A DNA stretch of 64,000 nucleotides from assembly GCF_947501385.1 (NCBI RefSeq), contig NZ_CANMVP010000024.1:11021-75020 (forward strand), in the 5' to 3' direction. Below the pieces are notes generated by a model. It had not been told where the DNA came from. It saw only the letters and a program-made list of their open reading frames with translations, and did no database searches. The position numbers and the translations under genes are program-made. This stretch comes from an uncultured Polaribacter sp. (GTDB lineage Bacteria; Bacteroidota; Bacteroidia; Flavobacteriales; Flavobacteriaceae). Positions 29,205 through 38,587 of the stretch are shown piece by piece; within the stretch, counting starts at the first letter, position 1; each line of letters starts with the position of its first letter.

Positions 29205-29545
29205 GATATCTGTTTTAAAATTCGGTACAAAATTATAGAAATTTGAAAAAATTAATTGACTCAGATAGGTTTATTATTAACTCTTAACAAAATCATCTAT
29301 TTTAAAAGTTTTAAATAAATTCTTTGTCTTTTTTTCTTTTTAAGGTAGTATTTTACAAAAAAATCTAAAGGAGGCAGCGCCAATGAGAAATTTTTTAGAT
29401 TAAAAAATCAGTCTGATTTTATTCATGATTTTTCCTTTAAGAGCATATTTAGATGACATTGCAAAACAGTTAGTCTGTTACAAACACTTGAAAATGCGAA
29501 AATTATTTGGGGAGTTATCTAAAAAAATGATAATTTAATACAAGA

Positions 29546-30847
29546 CTAAAGATGCAGTTTTATTTTTTCTTCTACAAATGAATCAACATCATTAAAATTT
29601 AAATAAAACCCTGTGTTTTTCTTTAATATAGATTTAAGCGTCTCATTATTTTTCCATAATAAAACTCTTCCATTTAAAACATCCGCTCCAGAGTAGACAA
29701 GAATATAACTTATAAATAAATCTTTTTCTAGCGGTTTAACTCTAATGGAAAATTGTGAAAAAGAGCTGTTTTTTTCTGAAAACTCAGATATTAAATAGTT
29801 TTCTGTTTTATTAAGTCTTCCTATTCCTTTAAAACTGTTGTTGTTGATTTTTAATTCTAATTCGCCAAGATTGTTATGTATTTTAAAGTATATAGGAATC
29901 AGATAGTTGTTTTCACTAAGATAAAAGCCAAAATATTCTCCCACTAAAAAGTTAACAATTTCTAAACGATTAACAGAAACAGATAAATCTGAATCTTTAT
30001 GCGGTAAAATATTTTCTACCTCCATACGCTGAGAATATAAGTAATGATGAAATATTGGATTTATATCTTTCGATTTCACCTTTAAATCCTGCTCTTCTTT
30101 GTCTTGTACTTGCTCAAAAATCAGTTTACCAATTACTGGGCTATTACTTCTGTTAAAACCACAATAAGCCCCCAATAGAACTGGTTTTGACTGCATATTA
30201 TTACCATAAAATAGATTTACAAAACATTCTTTATTTAAACTTGAATTTTCCTTACTGAAATAAAATGATAAAGCACTTTCGCCTGTGGGTACACATTTTC
30301 CGAAATACGTATAAAATGTGGGTTCTAAATTTCTTTCCCAATATAAAATTTCCCATGAAGCTGTTTTCATTTTATAAATAGTAAACTTCGATTTTATATA
30401 ATATTGTCTATCCTCTACATAATATCCTACGTAATACAATACATCTATATCACTGGATGTATTTTCAAAATTACTTCCTTTCTCATCTTCTTTTACTTCT
30501 GCGCTAATAAAAGTAGAATTATTTAAATATTCACTATACGAGTTATATCCTGCGGCAAGTAGTAAAAGCGATAAATAATCTCTCCTTAATTTGGTGTATT
30601 TACTATTGCCTCTATCTACTTCTCTTATTTTATTGTATAAATACTTTCCATTTATCCACTGACCTGTTATCTCCGTTATAAATCCTTTTAAACTTGGATG
30701 CTCGTCATTATAATCTCCAAATCCATATAACTGGAATATAGTCAGCGTTTTTATTTCTATGGAATAATGGTTAGAGAAAATAGTCAAAAGCTCCTTGTGA
30801 AGCCCAAGGATTAAACCATTAGATACCTGAATTCCTCTACTATTCAT
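29546..30847 (-). CDS. Hypothetical 433-aa cytoplasmic protein, possible regulator of the divergent operon
   Basis: Long ORF with no signal or TM segment; helical N-terminal ~110 aa; TATTTTTG -7 box at 30879-30872. Confidence 0.7.
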   Translation of the reverse strand: MNSRGIQVSNGLILGLHKELLTIFSNHYSIEIKTLTIFQLYGFGDYNDEHPSLKGFITEITGQWINGKYLYNKIREVDRGNSKYTKLRRDYLSLLLLAAGYNSYSEYLNNSTFISAEVKEDEKGSNFENTSSDIDVLYYVGYYVEDRQYYIKSKFTIYKMKTASWEILYWERNLEPTFYTYFGKCVPTGESALSFYFSKENSSLNKECFVNLFYGNNMQSKPVLLGAYCGFNRSNSPVIGKLIFEQVQDKEEQDLKVKSKDINPIFHHYLYSQRMEVENILPHKDSDLSVSVNRLEIVNFLVGEYFGFYLSENNYLIPIYFKIHNNLGELELKINNNSFKGIGRLNKTENYLISEFSEKNSSFSQFSIRVKPLEKDLFISYILVYSGADVLNGRVLLWKNNETLKSILKKNTGFYLNFNDVDSFVEEKIKLHL

Positions 30848-30948
30848 AATTATAAATTATCTGTATGTTCCCAAAAATACATTTATTCCAGTTAAATTCC
30901 TATTATAAACAAATAACATTAAAATAACAGGAATAGTGGAATTAATGA

Positions 30949-30990
30949 GTATGTATTTGTAAAATTGCCTAACTAATTTAAAATACATAC
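30949..30990. promoter_or_regulatory. Inverted repeat directly upstream of the TonB receptor start (operator or 5'UTR hairpin)
   Basis: gtatgtattt (30949-30958) / aaatacatac (30981-30990) perfect 10-bp IR with an inner aaatt/aattt pair; ends 2 nt before the ATG. Confidence 0.5.
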
Positions 30991-30992
30991 AC

Positions 30993-33395
30993 ATGAAAAA
31001 TCTAATTTTAACCTTATTTTGCATGACAACTTTACTTGCATTTGGACAAAATTCAAAAGATATTGGCGGTAAAATTTTCGATGAAACAGGAAACTCTTTA
31101 CCTGGAGCAAGTATTGTAGAAAAAGGCAATGCGGCTAATGGTGTTACTTCTGATTTTAATGGTGATTTTATTATTAAGGTAGCTAACGATGCTACAGAGA
31201 TTATCGTTTCTTATTTAGGTTATCAAACTAAAACAGTTAAAATAACGAGTGATAATTTAACGATCGTTTTAAAGCCCGAAGCAAATCAATTAGATGTTGT
31301 AACCATTAAAGGTTTTTCGTCTGTATCGAGTAAGGCGCGTGTTAGAGCACAAGCCATTCAAAGTTTACCAGAAACTACAGTTGCAGTAAATGCAGCTACA
31401 ATTGAGGCAAGTGGTATAGACAATATTCAATCCTTTACCTCACAAATATCAAATGTTACCTTTACCGAAGCACAACAGCCTGGCATAAATTTTTTAACGG
31501 TGCGTGGTATTTCTCAAATTAGAAATGCAGAATCACCTGTGGCCGTTGTTATCGATGGGATGACCTTGCCAGATGCCAGTGCCATGAACATGTCTTTGTA
31601 CGATATTGAATTATTAGAATTTGTAAAAGGACCACAAGGAACACTGTACGGTAAAAATGCTATTGCAGGTGCTATAAATATTGTTACCAAAGACCCAACT
31701 AATAAAAACAAAACGAAAGTAATGCTTAATGCTGGTAATGGCGGATTATTTGGAGCTGGAATATCTTCTTCTGGAGCTTTTGTTAAAAGTAAATTATACT
31801 ATAGTGTTAATGCTAGATATAACAAGTTTGATGGTTTAATTAACAACACCTTTTTAAATCAGAAAGTAGATTTTTCAAATGAGTATAATATTAGAGCTAA
31901 ATTAAAATATAGATTTAACCCACGTTGGTCTGCCACTTTTGTACAAGATAATTTTAAAGTGGAAGCAGGTGGTAATTATTACGTAACCAAAACGGATATT
32001 TTTGACCCTTCAATTCCTGTGCTTGCGGACGATGATTATTCCAGCGAGCCCTTTGGCGATATATTAGGAGATTCGGAATTATCAAATTCGTTGAGTAGCT
32101 TTAAGCTAGAAGGAGCATTGGAAAAAGCAAAATTTCAATCTGTTACCTCCTTTAATGCCACAAGACGTTATTATATAGGTGAAAATGATTATTCACAATA
32201 TGCGTTTAGTAAAGTATCGCAACAATCAGATTCAGACACCTTTAGTCAAGAGTTTAGATTGACTTCAAATTCTAGTGAAGACACTAAATTAAATTACACG
32301 GTAGGAACATTATATCAAAATAGCAACCGCTACTTGAATACCTCTACTTTTCTCAATAGAACGTATTATGAAGGCGGCTTTGTAGATGCATCTGCGGAAA
32401 ATGCAAATTACAGCACTGATCCGTTGGTAGGGAATGATGATGATAATACCATACAGACCTTAGCCGGTTTTGGTTTTGTGGATTATAAATTAGCAGATAA
32501 GTTTACGGTATCTGCTGGGGTTCGTGTCGATTATGATAAACTCACCAATGAGTCTCGTATTTCTAATACTTCAATAGAAAACGACATAACCGTATGGCAA
32601 CCAAAATTCTCATTGGCGTATGAATTTTCTAAAACAGTTTTAGGGTATGCTAACTATGGACGTGGGTATAGAAGTGGAGGTTTTAATTCTGACGAAACTG
32701 TAAAATTTGGTAAGACTTATGAGCCAGAATTCACAAATAACTATGAAATTGGCTTAAAGACAAGTTTCTTAAACAATAGAATTATTTTCAATAATGCTTT
32801 TTACATTATTGATTTTGAAAATCAGCAACAATACACCTTTATTCCGGTAACGCCAGCCGTATTAGGAATTTACAATTTTGAGGAATCTAGAATTTCAGGA
32901 TTTGAAACGGAACTAAAATTCAGAGCCACCAATAATCTTGATTTCTTTGCAAGTTTAGGATTCAATGATGGTGAGATAAAAAAAGGAAAATACAACAGAT
33001 TAACCAATGCGGCAGCCTTCGATTACGAAACACATGAAGAAGTAGACGTGAGCGGAAATACGTCTCCTTTTACTATAGAAAGCACGTTTCAAATTGGTGC
33101 CAATGCTAATTTTGAATTGGCAGAAAAATCAACATTGGGTTTCCATGTTAATGTAGATAGCAGAGGGACACAATATTGGGATCCGTTGGAAGAATACCAA
33201 CAAGATCCATATACTTTAGTAAATGCAAGAGTCAATTTAAAGCTAAATAAATTCGGGGTAACGGTATGGTCCAATAATATTTTTGACACCAAATTCAATA
33301 CAGAGTTTTTTCCAACGGCAGAATTTGGTTTTAGCAATTTAAGATTTCCAAATACACCGACCACAGTAGGTATTGACCTTTCTTATACCTTTTAA
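30993..33395 (+). CDS. TonB-dependent receptor with N-terminal carboxypeptidase-regulatory-like domain (non-SusC type)
   Basis: Signal peptide, LPGASIVEKG..GVTSDFNG N-terminal extension, plug motif FVKGPQGTLYGKNAIAGAINI, C-terminal GIDLSYTF. Confidence 0.93.
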   Translation: MKNLILTLFCMTTLLAFGQNSKDIGGKIFDETGNSLPGASIVEKGNAANGVTSDFNGDFIIKVANDATEIIVSYLGYQTKTVKITSDNLTIVLKPEANQLDVVTIKGFSSVSSKARVRAQAIQSLPETTVAVNAATIEASGIDNIQSFTSQISNVTFTEAQQPGINFLTVRGISQIRNAESPVAVVIDGMTLPDASAMNMSLYDIELLEFVKGPQGTLYGKNAIAGAINIVTKDPTNKNKTKVMLNAGNGGLFGAGISSSGAFVKSKLYYSVNARYNKFDGLINNTFLNQKVDFSNEYNIRAKLKYRFNPRWSATFVQDNFKVEAGGNYYVTKTDIFDPSIPVLADDDYSSEPFGDILGDSELSNSLSSFKLEGALEKAKFQSVTSFNATRRYYIGENDYSQYAFSKVSQQSDSDTFSQEFRLTSNSSEDTKLNYTVGTLYQNSNRYLNTSTFLNRTYYEGGFVDASAENANYSTDPLVGNDDDNTIQTLAGFGFVDYKLADKFTVSAGVRVDYDKLTNESRISNTSIENDITVWQPKFSLAYEFSKTVLGYANYGRGYRSGGFNSDETVKFGKTYEPEFTNNYEIGLKTSFLNNRIIFNNAFYIIDFENQQQYTFIPVTPAVLGIYNFEESRISGFETELKFRATNNLDFFASLGFNDGEIKKGKYNRLTNAAAFDYETHEEVDVSGNTSPFTIESTFQIGANANFELAEKSTLGFHVNVDSRGTQYWDPLEEYQQDPYTLVNARVNLKLNKFGVTVWSNNIFDTKFNTEFFPTAEFGFSNLRFPNTPTTVGIDLSYTF

Positions 33396-33425
33396 AAACA
33401 ATAAAATAATTTGATTTTAATTTTT

Positions 33426-33452
33426 CCTCCTACCTGAATTTAGGTAGGAAGG
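33426..33452 (+). other. Intercistronic stem-loop after the TonB receptor gene
   Basis: cctcctacct gaattt aggtaggaagg hairpin with no strong downstream U tract. Confidence 0.5.
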
Positions 33453-33482
33453 GTAGTTAACTCATTTCTAAATCTGAAAAAA

Positions 33483-34487
33483 ATGAAAGTCAATTGTAAC
33501 ATAATAAGATTCCACAAATGTGGAGAGTTAGACGTATTAAACATAGAAAACATAACCCTAGAAGACCCAATCAATGATGAAGTCTTATTCAAGGTTGATG
33601 CCTTCGCACTTAACAGAGCCGATGTACTGCATTACCAAGGTTTCCATACGACGTTGCCAGATTTCCCTTCACGTATTGGGTCAGAAGCGACAGGTGAAGT
33701 TGTAAAAATTGGCGACAAAGTAACCGATTTTAAAGTTGGTGATAGGGTAACTTCAATACCATTTAATACTTCAAAATATGGGGTGCAGGGAGAATATGCG
33801 GTCGTACCTCAAGACTACTTGACTAAGGCGCCAGAAAATTTAACCACAGAAGAAGCTTGCTCTATTTGGATGCAATATTCTACAGCTTATTTTGCCTTAT
33901 TTCATATTGGCAGCGTAAAAAAAGGAGATTACGTTTTTATTCCAGCCATTTCTAGTTCAGCTGGGTATGGTTGTTTTGAACTAGCAAGAGATGCAGGAGC
34001 TACCGTTATAGGTTCTACTAGGACAAGCGTCAAAAAAGAGGAACTCGAACAACTTGGGATACATCATCTAATCGTAACAAAAGAAGAAAACGTCAAAAAA
34101 AGATTGATGGAAATCACTAAAGGCAAAGGCGTAAGTTTTGTGTACGATCCTGTAGCAGGCGCTTTTTGTGATGAATATTTAGAAGCCTTATCAACAGGAG
34201 CCGTTGTAATCATTTACGGATTATTAGACCCAAACCCAACACTATTTCCACTTGTGCCATTAATTAGGAAAAAAGCCATAATGGATGCCTATTCTCAATT
34301 CACCCATGTAGAAAACATCGACAAACTAAACGAATGCAAGGGGTATGTTTTAGAACGCATTGAAAAAGGAGCGCTAAAACCAATCGTGAGTAAAGTTTTT
34401 GATTTTAAAGATTACAAAAAAGCCTATGAATATATGCTTTCCAATCAGCAAGTAGGAAAAATTGTAGTTCGGGTAAATAATAAATAA
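33483..34487 (+). CDS. Zn-independent MDR-family NAD(P)H oxidoreductase (quinone/enone reductase-like)
   Basis: ALNRAD, PSRIGSEATGEV, FKVGDRV, VYDPVAG and NQQVGKIVV motifs; no Zn-binding Cys cluster. Confidence 0.85.
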   Translation: MKVNCNIIRFHKCGELDVLNIENITLEDPINDEVLFKVDAFALNRADVLHYQGFHTTLPDFPSRIGSEATGEVVKIGDKVTDFKVGDRVTSIPFNTSKYGVQGEYAVVPQDYLTKAPENLTTEEACSIWMQYSTAYFALFHIGSVKKGDYVFIPAISSSAGYGCFELARDAGATVIGSTRTSVKKEELEQLGIHHLIVTKEENVKKRLMEITKGKGVSFVYDPVAGAFCDEYLEALSTGAVVIIYGLLDPNPTLFPLVPLIRKKAIMDAYSQFTHVENIDKLNECKGYVLERIEKGALKPIVSKVFDFKDYKKAYEYMLSNQQVGKIVVRVNNK

Positions 34488-34500
34488 ATTATTAAAATAC

Positions 34501-36561
34501 ATGAGAGTAGCAACAGATATAGGAGGAACTTTTACAGACCTTGTTTTCTTTGATTACGATAGCGTAACTAAAGAAGTTAGAAAGGTTGAAGTATCTAAAT
34601 CCAGCACAACACCGGGCGAATTTGAAAAAGGAATCTTAAACGCTATAGAAAAAATAGATTTAGATTTAACTACCATTGATTTTTTTGCTCACGGTACAAC
34701 AGTGGTCATCAATGCCATCACAGAACGGAAGGGTTCTAAAACGGCGTTGATCACAACCGAAGGATTTCGGGATGTTCTAGAGATTGCTAGAGGTACACGC
34801 CCAGATTTGTACAATTTCAACTTTAAAAAAGAAGAACCGTTTGTTGCCCGTTATTTAAGACAAGAGGTAAAGGAACGCATCAATTATCTTGGCGAAATCA
34901 TCACACCGTTAGACGAATCATCAGTAGATAAACATATCGGCAAATTTATAAAAGAAGGTGTCGAAGCAATTGCTATTTGCTTTTTACACGGTTATAAAAA
35001 TCCAGTTCACGAGAAACAATTGGCAACCTACATTCGTACTAAATATCCTCAATTCGAAGTCATAACTTCGCATGAAGTTACTAGAGAATGGCGAGAATAT
35101 GAACGTACAAGTTCTACAGTTTTATCAGCTTATGTAAAACCAATCGCAACCAAGTATTTAAATAATTTAACGCATCACCTACAAAAATTAGGGTATAAAA
35201 ATAATCTTTACATAATGCAGTCCAACGGTGGTATTACCACCGTTGGAGATGTAAAGGCAAATCCAATTACCTTAATTGAATCGGGTCCAGCAAGCGGTAT
35301 GCTTGGAGGGGTGGTACTGGGAAGAACTATTGGGAAAGAAAATTTATTGGTACTTGACATTGGAGGTACAACAGCAAAATGTTCTCTGATTGAAAACGGA
35401 ATCCCAAAAATTATAACCACTTATAATATTGAAAAAACAAAAACCCAAGCTGGCTTCCCTATACTTACACCCGTAATAGATATTGTAGAAATTGGTAACG
35501 GTGGCGGCAGTATTGCTTGGTTAGACGATGGTGGCAAAATGCGTGTGGGTCCAAAAAGTGCAGCTGCAAATCCTGGTCCTTCATCCTATGGAAAAGGTGG
35601 CACGAGTTTTACCACAACAGATGCTAATGTAGTCTGCAACCGTATTCATAAAGATTACTTTTTGGGGGGCGAATTAAAACCAGATTTAAATAGTCTAAAA
35701 AATGCAGCAAAACCACTTTGTGACGAATTGGATATGACAATGGAAGAAATGGCACGCGGCGTAATTCGTGTTGCCAATTCGAATATGGTAAACGCTTTAA
35801 AAAGTGTATCCGTAAACAAAGGCTATGACCCAAGAGATTTTTCTTTAGTCGTTATTGGTGGCGGTGGTCCAATGCACGGTGCATATTTAGGTGAAGAATT
35901 GCAAATGCCAGAAATCATTGTGCCCTTAAATGCAGGCGTATTTTCAGCTTTCGGAATGTTAATGTCAGATTTAAGGCGAGATTACATCCGTACAGATGTT
36001 ATGCGTTTAAATGTTGCTAATTTTTCAACCTTAAAAGACGTCTTTCATGACATGAGAAATGAAGCCATAAAAGCCTATGAAATAGATTTGTATCAAAAAG
36101 AAGACATTCAATTTGAATACTTTTTAGATCTCCGTTATGATGGTCAGGAACACTCTGTGAAGCTGATGCTGCCTGATTTAAACCATTTAAAAATGGATGA
36201 GATTGAAACTAATTTTCATCAACTGCATAAAAAGAGATACGCATTTAATCTAAAAGAGACCAAAATTGAAATTGTTAACTATCATTTGGTAGCAGAGGTT
36301 ATTGTAAATAAGCCCGTTATAGGAAAAGTTGAGTCAAAAGGCAGTACTATAGAAGATGCATTAATTGCCACTGAAAAAGTGGATTTTGATGAGTCTGGTA
36401 TTCATGATAGTAAGTTTTATGATAGAGATAAATTAGACCCAGGCATGACGATTGAAGGTCCTGCAATTATTGTAGAACAATCCACATCAACCGTTGTGCC
36501 CCCAAAGCATCAATTTAAAATTGATGACTATGCAAACATTATTATCAATAAAATAAAGTAG
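34501..36561 (+). CDS. Hydantoinase/oxoprolinase family subunit A (ATP-binding)
   Basis: DIGGTFTD, HGTTVVINA, ESGPASG, DIGGTT, GGGSIAW, GGGGPMH and DLRYDGQ motifs. Confidence 0.93.
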   Translation: MRVATDIGGTFTDLVFFDYDSVTKEVRKVEVSKSSTTPGEFEKGILNAIEKIDLDLTTIDFFAHGTTVVINAITERKGSKTALITTEGFRDVLEIARGTRPDLYNFNFKKEEPFVARYLRQEVKERINYLGEIITPLDESSVDKHIGKFIKEGVEAIAICFLHGYKNPVHEKQLATYIRTKYPQFEVITSHEVTREWREYERTSSTVLSAYVKPIATKYLNNLTHHLQKLGYKNNLYIMQSNGGITTVGDVKANPITLIESGPASGMLGGVVLGRTIGKENLLVLDIGGTTAKCSLIENGIPKIITTYNIEKTKTQAGFPILTPVIDIVEIGNGGGSIAWLDDGGKMRVGPKSAAANPGPSSYGKGGTSFTTTDANVVCNRIHKDYFLGGELKPDLNSLKNAAKPLCDELDMTMEEMARGVIRVANSNMVNALKSVSVNKGYDPRDFSLVVIGGGGPMHGAYLGEELQMPEIIVPLNAGVFSAFGMLMSDLRRDYIRTDVMRLNVANFSTLKDVFHDMRNEAIKAYEIDLYQKEDIQFEYFLDLRYDGQEHSVKLMLPDLNHLKMDEIETNFHQLHKKRYAFNLKETKIEIVNYHLVAEVIVNKPVIGKVESKGSTIEDALIATEKVDFDESGIHDSKFYDRDKLDPGMTIEGPAIIVEQSTSTVVPPKHQFKIDDYANIIINKIK

Positions 36562-36563
36562 CC

Positions 36564-38243
36564 ATGAGTTTAAATAAATTTACATCAGATATTATTCAGG
36601 ATTCATTAATATCCATTGGTGAAGCTATGTTTGAAACGATTCAACGTACCAGCATGAGTCCTATAATCTATGAGGCGTTGGACTACGCTGTAGGAATTAC
36701 AGACGGAGAAGGACGATTGTTGGCACAAGGAAACGGAGTAATTACGTTTTTAGCAGCAATGAGCCTTGTAGTAGAAGAAACATTAGAGCGTTTTAATGAT
36801 GACAATCCTATAAAAGAAGGAGACGTTATTATTGCAAACACGCCTTATGTAGGTGGTGGAACACATTTATCTGATATTGCGATTATTACACCTATTTTTT
36901 ATAAAGGAGAACGTGTTGCTTTTACAGTAAATAAAGCACATTGGACAGATATTGGAGGAACAAACCCTGGCTCTGTATCTACCGTTTCAACAGAAATTTA
37001 TCAAGAAGGGATGCATTTTCCTTTTATAAAAATTAAGGATGAAGGCAAACTAAATAATGCCATTATTCAAATGATTGAAGCCAACGTTCGTTTACCAAAA
37101 AGTACTTTAGGCGATTTATTTTCAGGAATAGCTGCAAATGATGTTGGTGCAGAAAGAATTATAAAACTGATTGAAAAATATGGTTTAGATGCTTACAAAG
37201 AAGCGGCAGAAGAATTCATGGAATACGGCGAACGTATTAGCTTAAAAGAGTTGCAAAAAATTCCGAATGGTGTATATGAAAATACAGGCTGGATAGAAAA
37301 CGATGGTTTTGGTAACGGTCCTTTCCCTTTAAAATTAAAAATTATCATTTCTAACGAAAATATGATTTGTGACTTTACAGGTTCTCACGAGCAATTAAAA
37401 GGCCCTTTAAATTTGTCGAGAACTGGTTTAGAAACCGCTGTAAGAGCTGCATTTAAATCGATAACAACACCAACATTACCAGCAAATAATGGTTCTTTTA
37501 AACATGTGAAATTAATTTGTCCAGACAATACATTGGTCAGCGCAAGCTCGCCTGCACCTACTTCTGTATATTATGAAGTGTTTTTAGCAGCCATAGATTT
37601 ATTGTTAAAAACATTAGGTCCTATTGTGCCAGAAAAATTACCAGCAGGTCATTTTAGATCAGTTTGTGTAACCTATATTTCTGGAGTTCATCCTGTTACA
37701 AAAGAGTTTTATGTACAAGCAGAACCACTTTCCGGTGGTTGGGGCGCATGTGCCTATCATGATGGAAATCGCGGACAATTCTCGTATGCACATGGCGAAT
37801 CCTATAACATTCCAGCAGAAACCAGAGAACGCAAATATGGTGTACTTGTAGAAGAATATGCTTTTCATAATGAAGGTGGTGGTTATGGCGAGTTTCAAGG
37901 TGGAAACGGACAATATTTAACTTTTAAAATTCTCTCTGAGGAAGCCTTTTTAACAGGAGCATTTTTAGGATATTCCATTCCAACTTGGGGATTAAAAGAA
38001 GGTAAAGAAGGGAGTTACAATTATTTTACCGTGATAAGAACCGATGGTACAGAAGAAGAATATAACATTGTAACCAATGTAAAACTAAATAAAGGCGACA
38101 AAGTAAAATTGGTAACAGCAACTGGCGGTGGTTATGGAAATCCTAAAGACAGACCGTTAGCGAAAATTCAAAATGACATAAAAAACGGTTTTATTACCAA
38201 AGAGCAAGCGTTGGAGCATTATCCTGCAATGATTGAAGCTTAA
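36564..38243 (+). CDS. Hydantoinase B / oxoprolinase family subunit (metal-binding)
   Basis: QRTSMSPIIYEALDY, GGTHLSD, KAHWTDIGG, YQEG, GGWGA and TGGGYG motifs. Confidence 0.93.
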   Translation: MSLNKFTSDIIQDSLISIGEAMFETIQRTSMSPIIYEALDYAVGITDGEGRLLAQGNGVITFLAAMSLVVEETLERFNDDNPIKEGDVIIANTPYVGGGTHLSDIAIITPIFYKGERVAFTVNKAHWTDIGGTNPGSVSTVSTEIYQEGMHFPFIKIKDEGKLNNAIIQMIEANVRLPKSTLGDLFSGIAANDVGAERIIKLIEKYGLDAYKEAAEEFMEYGERISLKELQKIPNGVYENTGWIENDGFGNGPFPLKLKIIISNENMICDFTGSHEQLKGPLNLSRTGLETAVRAAFKSITTPTLPANNGSFKHVKLICPDNTLVSASSPAPTSVYYEVFLAAIDLLLKTLGPIVPEKLPAGHFRSVCVTYISGVHPVTKEFYVQAEPLSGGWGACAYHDGNRGQFSYAHGESYNIPAETRERKYGVLVEEYAFHNEGGGYGEFQGGNGQYLTFKILSEEAFLTGAFLGYSIPTWGLKEGKEGSYNYFTVIRTDGTEEEYNIVTNVKLNKGDKVKLVTATGGGYGNPKDRPLAKIQNDIKNGFITKEQALEHYPAMIEA

Positions 38244-38255
38244 TTCAAAAAAACT

Positions 38256-38567
38256 ATGGAAGTACTCCCATTAACGTATCCCGAAAAAGAGTATTTAAAA
38301 TACCTCATTCAAAAACAAGAAGAAGGTGTTGCTGTAGATTGTGGTTCGGTAGTTTTAAAAAAAGGACAAGTACTCCCGTTTAAAACGCTCGACTCGCATG
38401 AAATCACTTATTTAGTTTTAGGTAAATTAAGAGTTTTAACTAATAATGGGAACGAAAAAATAATGAATCAAGGCGATTTAATCTATTTAAATAAAGACGA
38501 AATCCGAAAAACAGAAACATTAGAAGACAGTAAAATTCTTTTCTTCTTGTTCAAGAAAACTGATTAA
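38256..38567 (+). CDS. Small cupin-domain protein
   Basis: HEITYLVLGKLRV...MNQGDLIYL...ETLEDSKILF cupin beta-barrel pattern. Confidence 0.7.
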   Translation: MEVLPLTYPEKEYLKYLIQKQEEGVAVDCGSVVLKKGQVLPFKTLDSHEITYLVLGKLRVLTNNGNEKIMNQGDLIYLNKDEIRKTETLEDSKILFFLFKKTD

Positions 38568-38587
38568 ATCATAAAAAACCAATCAAA

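Noticed and set aside
30848-30992. Sigma-54 promoter for the TonB receptor operon (rpoN is in the window)
   Set aside because: A TTGC is present but there is no GG at the -24 position.
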